Of a DNA stretch of 64,000 nucleotides, positions 40,045 to 52,000 are shown one piece after another; position 1 is the first letter of the stretch, and the number at the start of each line of letters is the position of its first letter. The position numbers and the translations under genes were made by a program. The DNA is taken from positions 83,452,001 to 83,516,000 of the forward strand of contig NC_042998.1 in NCBI RefSeq assembly GCF_006345805.1, in the 5' to 3' direction. The notes beneath the pieces were generated by a model, which was given only the letters and a program-made list of their open reading frames with translations, ran no database searches and was not told the DNA's origin. Origin of the DNA: Octopus sinensis. Taxonomy: Eukaryota.

Positions 40045-43000
40045 ATCTTTCGAGCATTTCATTGCGGCCATGTTGGAGCCCCGCCTTAAAGGGTTTTAGT
40101 TGCAGTAATCGACCCCAGGACTTGTTTTATCGATCACTTTTGCCGAACTGCTAAGTTGCGGGGATATATATAAACACAATCATCGGTTGTCAAGCGATGG
40201 TGGGTGAGGAACATAGATGCATGTATATATATAGTATACAACAGGCTCCCAGTTTCCGTCTACCAAATCCACTCACAAGGCTTTGGTCGGCTCGAGGCTA
40301 AAGTAGACATTTGCCCAAAGTGCCATGCAGTGGGACTGAACCCGGAACCATGTGGTGTTGGGAAGCAAACTTCTGAACTTTCTCTTTCTCTCTAGTACGT
40401 GTGTTTGTGCTTTCAAAAAAAAAATAGTGACCAGAGATGCGTTTCTGCAAAATCTCCATTTGTATTGATTTACCATTATGTCCGACTTAACCATTCTTTC
40501 TCAGAACTACTTCCTTTTAACTTGCAATAATTCGAATCCTTTTTTCAATATGCAAACCTTCTGTCCTAATCTATGGAAGGTAGTTTTACTAAGGTCAAAC
40601 GTTGACAATTAAGTCTGTAGCAAGATTTCAGTTTTTATTGCTATAAGTTATGCACTTCAATTGAGCACAAAATGGAGCAAGTTTCTATGACCCTACAATA
40701 CCCAACCGTAGCTAATAGCTAAGTTCTTTTGTTAAATACAAAAGGATATTCAACGCTTCATTCACGCTTGTGAATTTTATTGGTCAATTCTTGTCTTTAT
40801 TCTAAGCCAGAGTATTTTGTTGAAAACAATTTCAATATTTATGTATTTAGGAAAAAAATCAACTTATTGTAATCACATTCGTTCAGGCTTACATCATTAA
40901 AGAATTTCCACTTGACTTCAAATTTGCCAGATATTTATGCTTTCTCAAATGAAGGAAAAATTAGTCTACAGACATGATCATTTTACAAATTCCCTTTGTG
41001 AACACGTAATTTTTTAGCTCAATCGCAATGCGCGCCACATTGTGCAAGTTCCTTCTACTCTGAACAAATTCAATAAGCGAGTTCGCTATTTTTTCTCTTT
41101 TCATGACTCCATTTCTGAAATCTTCAATTTTTAAAAGGTCATCTGGAGCTAGATTTCGACATATAAACCGGCCCACATTAAGTTTAAGACCTCTATATCT
41201 GTTGCAGAGAATAAGACCGCATTATTTAATCGGCAAAGAAATATGTTCAGTTTCAACATTTCATGAATATTTAAATGTCATTTTTTTTATTTCAGATTTT
41301 TCTACCGATGAAGAGTCAGGTGAGCTTAGCTACCCAAAACTTAATCCAGATGACATAGTATATATTCAAATCTAATAAACCCTATATTCTGTTTTGATTT
41401 TCAGTTTAACCTAAATCTTAATGGTTGTTGAATGATTAAAGATAGTTTTGTCGACACGTGTTGGAAGAGAGACGGACGATTAGCAGACATTAGAGATTGA
41501 TTTGCGATAGTCACTTCGGCTGTCGACGCTCTTGGGTTAAATCTCACTGAAGCCAACTTTGCTTGTCATACTTTCAGGGTGATAATATACTAGTCATCTC
41601 GACATTCTCTAACTCTTTGTTTTCTAATTTCTGGTAGAAATCGGCTGTCGTCAGACCTGAGGAGAGATGAGCTCCTCCATGTCTTAAAATGTATCACACG
41701 TTATATCATGACGGGATCTTACGATTCTATCAAAGAATTGAGGATTCAAGCCAAAGCAAGGCAATATTGACATATTTATCTTGCAGTTCGAAAATCTTCA
41801 ATTCTAGGTTTTCTTTACAAATCTATTTTAACAAATAGACCATTTCGAACGTATTTATTGATTTCAGCCTAGTCTAAATCTATTCACATTACATAGCTGT
41901 AAGATAATGTAACAACTGGATTCACCATCAACTTTGAGTCATCGGTTTATCAAATCAATGTAACGTTTTCTTTTGGGATTGTAAAAATATTTCAAAAACA
42001 GGGTTGATAGTTTAATCTAAAGACTGTTAGGATTTGATCACTAGTTTAAGTAGACGATTGACAAATTTCAATATTTAGTTGAACATCACCAACTTGTTAG
42101 AATAAACTTATCGCAGGAATTATGAAATAACTTATTAGTTCAGATTAGGTAGATGACTTGCATTTTATTTCATTTGCATTAAAGAATTTGTAATCAATGT
42201 TTTGTTTGACTTTCTAAACTAGATAATTTTGCATCTAATGAAAAAACCGAAATGAAAGCACCAAAGACCAGTTACTATAACTGATATTTTTTTTAACATT
42301 TTGCATTTCTTGACTGATTTGAAATCGTTGACAGTTTGACGCAACATTTTAAACAATTGAATAATTTTTGAGTCGGAATAATCAGCTATCTAATAAGGCG
42401 AAAATAGACAATGAAAACCAAAAGTTGTTTTGAAACAGGAAAAATAACATTTTTTCACAAACGCTTAATGATCAATACAAACTAATTGCTATTCCATGCA
42501 TAGCAACTCTATAATTGAAGAGTATTTTTAAAGTCAGTAAATTTAATTGAATTTCCGACGAATTCAAATTAAAATGGATGAATTGAACTGTGGATATAGT
42601 AAATTTATGGTTTAATTTCGATTTTTCATAGTAAATTTACTTACGTCGTTGGTGGCTATCGACAGACGTCAAAGCTAACATATCCCTGCAGCCTTCACCT
42701 CAAGACTTTTAATTTGAAAAATTAACTTCTATCTCTTAATAGATTTCTTAACTTTTATTTAAGCAACTAAAATGGTTACTTTCAGCTAAATCAGTTAAAC
42801 CACGGATGGAAAATAAATGTGAGTTTAGTTCAATTATTTTAAAATAAAACTAATATTTGGGGATAAAATGAGCTGTTCATTAAAAAAAAAAAATCTGGTT
42901 TTTCATTTTTCATAATTAACACTTTTCCTAGCTAGAACCGCTTTAACTGGAGCTGTATCAGTTACACTTCTAACAAATGATAAACATTACTAAAAATTAA

Positions 43001-46000
43001 ATTCGAATTAAAACAATTAAGTTCACGTAGGGATGAAATTCCTTTCACTAAAATCTCTATCATTCGAGCACAAACTCTTTCAACATTGAACAAGTAAAGT
43101 AGAGACTTATCATTTAAGACTAATATTTTAGGATGAGTACAGCTAAAATGTCCATTTTAGTTGTTGCTTGATCTCTTTGTTCAGAATTTAATTTAAAATT
43201 CTTTTTAGCTGCAAAATCCACAGCTCAAGTTACACCAGTAAAGGAAAATCGATGTAAGTATAGATATTAAGGTTATTTTGGTTTTCGTAATTTTTTCTAG
43301 CTAAAACCGTTTAAACTCTAGCTACAGCACTCACACTACCACCAAGATAAGATAAACGCGAGTAAAAATTCTAGTTAAAACTATAATTGTCAAGTAGATG
43401 AAATTACTTTCAACAAAATCCCTATCACTCATTCCCCCACAATTGAACAAGTAAACTTCTCATTTAAAACTAATATTAATGGAGGAGTACAGCTAAAATG
43501 TCCATTTTAGTTGTTGCTTGATCTTTGTTCAGAATTTAATTTCAAATTCTTTTTAGCTCTAAAAACCACAGCCCAAGTTAAAGTCGTAACCCCACCAAAG
43601 GAAAATCGATGTAAGTATAGATCTTAAGGTTAAGATCTATACTTAACCTTGCTTTCTGATCTTTGTAAAGTTTTCAAGTTAAAACCGTTTTAACTCTAGC
43701 TACAGCACTTACACCACCAACAACAGAAGATAAACGAGAGTAAAAAATAAATTCCAATTAAAACTATAATTGTCCTATTGATGAAATTCCTTTCAATAAA
43801 CTCCATCACTCAAGCTCAAACTCTTTCACCATTGAACAAGAAAAGTAAACTGATTTAAACCTAATATTCATGGATGAGTACAGATAAAACGTCGAATTTA
43901 GTTGTTACTTGGTCTCTTTGTTCAGAATTTAATTTTTAATCCTTTTTAGCTACAAAATCCTCAACTCCACTTAAACCAGTAACACTACCAAATGAAAATC
44001 GATGTAAGTTTAGATCTTATTCGTGGATAAGATGTTCAATTTAGCTTGTCGCTTGCCTTCTGATCTTCGTAATTTTTTTTCCAGCTAAAACTGCTTCAAC
44101 ACAAGATGTATTATTAACACCACCTCCGACAGAAAATAAACGTGAGTAAAAAAAAATGTAATTCCTATTAAGACTGAGACATGTAGGGATGAAATCTAGA
44201 TTTATAGATCATATGCTTTGCTTTCTGTTAACTTCACATGACTGCTTGACATGCTTGTATTGCAGCCAGACCACCCTCAAATCACAAACTTTCACCTTAG
44301 AAAAAAGATGCAATGGATACTTTGGGCCTTTGTTACCTGTACACAGGAAAAGAATGACTGGTCATAGCTGCAACCCACTTCATCCTACATCTGCTCGATC
44401 AAGGATGACAAATGAAAATGCCAAGTTCCTTCTTGGTATAAAGTTAAACATACTTGTATTCCGCTCTGCGGATCTGGCTGGGCTCATGTCACCTCCAGGT
44501 TTTGCTAGCCTATCTCTCCCCATCTCATTATCCTACTTGTGTCCAATTGCCATCAAACCCCTGCACATTAGCCTCGAGTCCTATGATTCATAGTCGCTCA
44601 CTTGCTTTGCGTGGCGTATTGATGACCTAGACCACAACATTCCCCCTGAATGGGACTCCAGTCCATATCATAGTTACTGGTTTACAGCGGAGTGAAGCTG
44701 GAAAAAGTAATTTGCTCAAGAGCACAACACCCGATCTGGGAATCGAAACCATCTTGTAAATGAGTGCAATATCCTAACCACTAGTGCTTTCGTGTCTTTT
44801 CTCACAGGCCCTCTACACCCAAACTTCCCTTTCTGGAATGTAAACCTCATAGAAGTCCCTTACTGTTCATATATCCCGCTGGCGTTGATTTATAAAGGTT
44901 CAAGAACCGGTCTCGGAGTCTGAGATACATGGACTCTGGCACTGCCTTCAGACTCAGCATTAGGACCATTGAACTTTTAGATTTAGCTTCTTTCCTGCTC
45001 GTGCATTATCCACTTAAGTTATACTTATAGATATATATGAAACGACTCGATACCTATTTTTTCTCTTTAAGTCTTTAATGCTGATATAGATTTCAAATTA
45101 CTATTTACATGTCTGCAGAGAATATCTAATTTCTTTAGTTGCTAAATTTACGGTCACTATTTCACCATTGGAGAAAAAAAAAGTGAGTAAAAATTTTAAT
45201 AAAACACGGACGAAATGTCAATTTAAAAGTTTGCATATTGTTCGTCTTTTTATTCCTAATTTAATTTTACTCTTCTAGATACTAAAATGAGAGTTCTGTT
45301 TAAATCATCAACAGAAAGTAAACGTGAGTAAAAATTAAATTCTAATTAAAACAATAGTCATGTAGAGATGAAATATAGATTTATAGATCATATGGTTTGC
45401 TTGTTACTTTGAAAACATGATTGCTTGGCATGCTTGAATAAAACTAAATTGCCCTCAGATTACGAACTACATGACAGAAAAGACATAGTATTCTGTGGAT
45501 CTTAGTTACTCTCACTCAGGAAAAGACTTACTATGGGTGAAATGCTTTTCACAATAGGCTTGCTCCATCGGGGCGACACAATACTAAAATCTTATTTTCT
45601 CTGGCATGAAGTTGCATATACGCTCCAGCATACTATCCCGCCGCTCTGCCCTTTCTGTCTCTACTACAACGGTCTCTACTCCACGGGTCTGGCTGGGCTC
45701 GTGTCATCTCCACTGAAGCTGTGCCATCCTATTTATCGCTTCTCTTCTCATCGCTCTATTTGGGTCCAACTAATTACTGGCACTCTGGTTAGTTACAACA
45801 AGGGTTCCAGTTGATCAAATCAACGGAACAATCTACTCGTGAAATTAACATGCAAGTGAGTGAGCACTCCACAAATATGTGTACATTTAGCATAGTTATC
45901 AGTAAGATTCAGCGTAATACAGAATGTGACAATGCTGACCCTTTGAATTATAGTTCATTGTCCCCAGCTGAGATAGTATCTCGCTCAATAGCGCAACGAA

Positions 46001-49000
46001 TCTCCTGGAATCGAACTTGCTGTCGTGAGCCGAATACCTTAACCACTGTCATGTGCCTTTATTACTAGGCCCTCAGCAAATTCCTTCCAAGATTCTCAGC
46101 AAATTCCTTCCAAGACTCTCAGCCCTCTGAACTCACCCTCTAATAACATCGGTTTCATTGATTTAGGAGCGCTTGTGAAGATACAAGAGTATAGCCGGTC
46201 TTCATCGAGACCAAACATGTAGAGAGAGAAAAAATGCCGATTAGTGCCGTAGAACTTTAGATTTAGCTTGCCTTCTATTCGTGACGTATTCACTTCGATT
46301 GTTTGTACTTCAAGAAAGATATGAAGCGATGTCCAATCTTGTCTCAAATTCTTCAATAGTATAACAGATTGAAAAATATTTGCAAGACTTAGGATATTTC
46401 ATTTCTTTTTTAGTTTCTAAAATCAGTTTCACCGCTGAACAATAGTAATGACTTTTCATTTAAAACAAATGTATGTTGAGAACAGATAAAATGTCGATTT
46501 TAGTTGTTGCTTGGTCTCGTTGCTCAGAATTTAACTTTTTAGCTACAAAAACCACAATTCAAGTTGAATCAGTAACACCACTAACAAAAAATCCACTTAA
46601 GACCTTGAGGCTGTTCGTGAATAAGATGTTCAATTTAGCTTGTCATTTGCTTTCTGATTTTCTTAATTTTTTTCTAGTTAAAACCGCTTCAACACGAGAT
46701 GCATTAGTTATACCACCACCAACGGAAAATAAACGTTAGTAGAAATTAAATTTTGATTAAAACTGAGACGTGTCTAGGTCATATGATTTGCTTTCTATTC
46801 ACATGACTACTTGACATGCTAATATTGCAACCAAACCGCCTTCAAATCATGAACCTTTCAAAAAAGATATTAGGCACTGTGAGTTTTCGTTACCGATACA
46901 CAGGAAACGAATGCCATCGGTGGATACCGCTTCGTCTTAGATCTCCTCGATCAGGGCGGGAAAACATCTAATTCCTTATTGCGGTAAAATTAGACACATT
47001 CTAGCCTGATGTCTCACAGGTATGGTGTCTCCTCACTGGCTCTGGCTGGAATTGTGCCACCTCTACTAACGCTTTGTCTCTCTTTTTCTCCCCATCCGTC
47101 CCATTCTTAATTACACCCAATCCTTCCTTCCCAGAACGTCTTCCTTCTGGAATTCATTCTCTGCTTGTATTTCTCGCTAGTATTGACTCAGTTTCAAGAG
47201 GAATGTTAATGATATCGATCTCATAGGTTTTAGGAGAGCTTACAAAGGTAATGGACCCTGCCCTCTCTTTGAGCCTCAGAAAACAATTAGCACCATAGAA
47301 TTATAAATTTATTTTGTTTTCTGTTTGACTCATTTAAAATTCTCCAATTTTCTCTTTAAAATTCTTCCACTTTCTCTTTAAAATTCTTCCACTTTCTCTT
47401 TAAAATTCTTCCACTTTCTCTTTAAAATTCTTCCACTTTCTCTTTAAAATTCTTCCACTTTCTCTTTAAAATTCTTCCACTTTCTCTTTAAAATTCTTCC
47501 ACTTTCTCTTTAAAATTCTTCCACTTTCTCTTTAAAGTTCTTCCACTTTCTCTTTAAAGTTCTTCCACTTTCTCTTTAAAGTTCTTCCACTTTCTCTTTA
47601 AAGTTCTTCCACTTTCTCTTTAAAGTTCTTCCACTTTCTCTTTAAAGTTCTTCCACTTTCTCTTTAAAGTTCTTCCACTTTCTCTTTAAAGTTCTTCCAC
47701 TTCTCTTTAAAGTTCTTCCACTTTCTCTTTAAAGTTCTTCCACTTTCTCTTAAAGTTCTTCCACTTTCTCTTTAAAGTTCTTCCACTTTCTCTTTAAAGT
47801 TCTTCCACTTTCTCTTTAAAGTTCTTCCACTTTCTCTTTAAAGTTCTTCCACTTTCTCTTTAAAGTTCTTCCACTTTCTCTTTAAAGTTCTTCCACTTTC
47901 TCTTTAAAGTTCTTCCACTTTCTCTTTAAAGTTCTTTCTCTTTAAAGTTCTTTCTCTTTAAAGTTCTTTCTCTTTAAAGTTCTTTCTCTTTAAAGTTCTT
48001 TCTCTTTAAAGTTCTTTCTCTTTAAAGTTCTTTCTCTTAAAGTTCTTTCTCTTTAAAGTTCTTTCTCTTTAAAGTTCTTTCTCTTTAAAGTTCTTTCTCT
48101 TTAAAGTTCTTTCTCTTTAAAGTTCTTTCTCTTTAAAGTTCTTTCTCTTTAAAGTTCTTTCTCTTTAAAGTTCTTTCTCTTTAAAGTTCTTTCTCTTTAA
48201 AGTTCTTTCTCTTTAAAGTTCTTTCTCTTTAAAGTTCTTTCTCTTTAAAGTTCTTTCTTTCTTTCTCTTTAAAGTTCTTTCTCTTTAAAGTTCTTTCTCT
48301 TAAAGTTCTTTCTCTTTAAAGTTCTTTCTCTTTAAAGTTCTTCTCTTTAAAGTTCTTTCTCTTTAAAGTTCTTTCTCTTTAAAGTTCTTTCTCTTTAAAG
48401 TTCTTTCTCTTTAAAGTTCTTTCTCTTTAAAGTTCTTTCTCTTAAAGTTCTTTCTCTTTAAAGTTCTTTCTCTTTAAAGTTCTTTCTCTTTAAAGTTCTT
48501 CTCTTTAAAGTTCTTTCTCTTAAAGTTCTTTCTCTTTAAAGTTCTTTCTCTTTAAAGTTCTTCTCTTTAAAGTTCTTTCTCTTTAAAGTTCTTTCTCTTT
48601 AAGTTCTTTCTCTTTAAAGTTCTTTCTCTTTAAAGTTCTTTCTCTTTAAAGTTCTTTCTCTTTAAAGTTCTTTCTCTTTAAAGTTCTTTCTCTTTAAAGT
48701 TCTTTCTCTTTAAAGTTCTTTCTCTTTAAGTTCTTTCTCTTTAAAGTTCTTTCTCTTTAAAGTTCTTTCTCTTTAAAGTTCTTTCTCTTAAAGTTCTTTC
48801 TCTTTAAAGTTCTTCTCTTTAAAGTTCTTTCTCTTTAAAGTTCTTTCTCTCTTTAAAGTTCTTTCTCTTTAAAGTTCTTTCTCTTTAAAGTTCTTTCTCT
48901 TTAAAGTTCTTTCTCTTTAAAGTTCTTTCTCTTTAAAGTTCTTTCTCTTTAAAGTTCTTTCTCTTTAAAGTTCTTTCTCTTAAAGTTCTTTCTCTTTAAA

Positions 49001-52000
49001 GTTCTTCTCTTTAAAGTTCTTTCTCTTAAAGTTCTTTCTCTTTAAAGTTCTTTCTCTTTAAAGTTCTTTCTCTTTAAAGTTCTTTCTCTTTAAAGTTCTT
49101 TCTCTTTAAAGTTCTTTCTCTTTAAAGTTCTTTCTCTTTAAAGTTCTTTCTCTTTAAAGTTTTTCTCTTTAAAGTTCTTTCTCTTTAAAGTTCTTTCTCT
49201 TTAAAGTTCTTTCTCTTTAAAGTTCTTTCTCTTTAAAGTTCTTTCTCTTTAAAGTTCTTTCTCTTTAAAGTTCTTTCTCTTTAAAGTTCTTTCTCTTTAA
49301 AGTTCTTTCTCTTTAAAGTTCTTTCTCTTTAAAGTTCTTTCTCTTTAAAGTTCTTTCTCTTTAAAGTTCTTTCTCTTTAAAGTTCTTTCTCTTTAAAGTT
49401 CTTTCTCTTTAAAGTTCTTTCTCTTTAAAGTTCTTTCTCTTAAAGTTCTTTCTCTTTAAAGTTCTTTCTCTTTAAAGTTCTTTCTCTTTAAAGTTCTTTC
49501 TCTTTAAGTTCTTTCTCTTTAAAGTTCTTCTCTTTAAAGTTCTTTCTCTTTAAAGTTCTTTCTCTTTAAAGTTCTTTCTCTTTAAAGTTCGTTCTTTCTC
49601 TTTAAAGTTCTTTCTCTTTAAAGTTCTTTCTCTTTAAAGTTTTCTCTTTAAAGTTCTTTCTCTTAAAGTTCTTTCTCTTTAAAGTTCTTTCTCTTTAAAG
49701 TTCTTTCTCTTTAAAGTTCTTTCTCTTTAAAGTTCTTTCTCTTTAAAGTTCTTTCTCTTTAAAGTTCTTTCTCTTTAAAGTTCTTTCTCTTTAAAGTTCT
49801 TTCTCTTTAAAGTTCTTTCTCTTTAAAGTTCTTTCTCTTTAAAGTTCTTTCTCTTTAAAGTTCTTTCTCTTTAAAGTTCTTTCTCTTTAAAGTTCTTTCT
49901 CTTTAAAGTTCTTTCTCTTTAAAGTTCTTCTCTTTAAAGTTCTTTCTCTTTAAAGTTCTTTCTCTTTAAAGTTCTTTCTCTTTAAAGTTCTTTCTCTTTA
50001 AAGTTCTTTCTCTTTAAAGTTCTTTCTCTTTAAAGTTCTTTCTCTTTAAAGTTCTTTCTCTTTAAAGTTCTTTCTCTTTAAAGTTCTTTCTCTTAAAGTT
50101 CTTTCTCTTTAAAGTTCTTTCTCTTTAAAGTTCTTTCTCTTTAAAGTTCTTTCTCTTTAAAGTTCTTTCTCTTTAAAGTTCTTTCTCTTTAAAGTTCTTT
50201 CTCTTTAAAGTTCTTTCTCTTTAAAGTTCTTTCTCTTTAAAGTTCTTTCTCTTTAAAGTTCTTTCTCTTTAAAGTTCTTTCTCTTTAAAATTCTTTCTCT
50301 TTAAAATTCTTCCACTTTCTCTCTTCAAAAGTTATGTATTTTCTTTTTCAGTTACTGGAGTCCGTACCGTTGAAGCTGAAACTTCTTTACCATTGGACAA
50401 GAAAAGTAAATATTTGATTTAAACGAGCAGATACGAAATATCGATTTAGTTCTCTTTATTCATAATCTATTTTCAAAAATATTTTTTATTTTCTTTTAGC
50501 CACTAAATCCACAACTCGGGATAAACCAGCTACATTACTAACGAAAAATACATGTAAGACCATTTTCTTGAAGCTAATTATCAAGGATAAGATTCAATCT
50601 GCTTTGTCGTCTTTGTTTTGTAAGTTTTTTCCAGCTAAATTCATAACTCGTGCTAAATTGCTTACACTCAGCGAAATGCAGGCAAAGATAGTTTTATTTG
50701 AAATTCTAATGCAAAATTTGTCTTGATGAACTGGAAATCTCGATACTGTGGTTTGTTTCCATTCCTCATGCCTTTACTATTAAGGTTACGTCCACTTGAT
50801 CGTCGACTTGTTAGAAATGTAGCCAAATTTCCCTCAAGTTGTACCCTGCCGTCTTAGAAAAGGGCGCGTTGAAAAGACAGACTGGTAATATTTTGGTCAT
50901 AGATCTATTGTCCGAGCTAACCTTGAGCTAAAAGAACATGTAAAGAGTAATTTCCAATGAGATCACTTTTATACGGAAGCTGAATGCATTAGATTCAATC
51001 TTTCTGTTCATAACTTGTGCCAAACATTTTAAGGAAAATTTGAAATGTTATTGTAACCTTTTCTCCAAAAGATTTTGAATGCTGATGAGATTTTGAAGGG
51101 TTTTTTTTACATGTACGGCACATAGGATTGTGCGAAAATGGAATTTTTGTTACTAATGTAGTCTCAAGTTTTTACTGTAACCTCGAACCGGCCAAATCAC
51201 TTGTGTGAAATTTGGTAGACGGAAACTGTATGGAAGCCTATTTATGTATAGAAATGTATGTTTACATTCAGACTTCTAGCATGAAGCGTTGAGAAAAAAA
51301 AAACGGTGGCGTTTGTTGATAGTCCTTAACGAATCACTTCGTAACTTTGTGCGTTGGAAAAGGGGTGGAATGGAGTAACAATATCTCTAACCCGAGCAAT
51401 GGTTAGCGACAAGAAAAATATCGATATAAAACAATGTTTTGATACGTATTCGTCCGGTCCATGCTATGCTAGCATAGAAAAACGAACGTGAAATGAAGAC
51501 TTCGGGCGATATTTAATTTCTATTTAGCGGCTGAAACTCCTGTTACTGCAGCTCAAATTCCTTTGCCATCAACGAACAAGGAAAGTAAATAAGGTTGATT
51601 TAAATAAAGCTAATATTCGTGAGTTTCATGAGAAAAAAGGGAGATGACGTATCGATTTAAGTAGTTTAATTTCTTTTTATTCACAATTCAATTTTAAATA
51701 CTTTTTTAGCGTCGAAAGCTACCGCGACCCGAACGAAATCAGTATCACCACCACCAACTAAAAGTAAAAGTAAAAATCAATTTTTAATTCAATAAAACTA
51801 AGAGCATTGTAAAGAGTTATAGGTCGTGCGGTTCGCTTTCTATTTCCTCTTCACATTACCATCAGTGAACAAAAAAGTGAAAATCAATTTTCAACGAAAT
51901 CAATTGGAAGATGAACGTAGTTGAAATTAACTCTTTTCATAGCTTTCTTTTCATAACTTAGTCACTTATAGTTTATACGTATAAAGATATATAAAAACGT

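Noticed and set aside
41208-41249. 42-nt symmetric exon candidate (also 40931-40963 and 41789-41809)
   Set aside because: Weak donors; 41208-41249 would leave only a 46-nt intron.
44189-45814. ORFs 44189-44593 and 45533-45814
   Set aside because: They lie in duplicated intron units whose sister copies do not keep the frame.
37841-50331. Tandem arrays as possible CRISPR
   Set aside because: Head-to-tail units without unique spacers; eukaryotic context; no cas genes.
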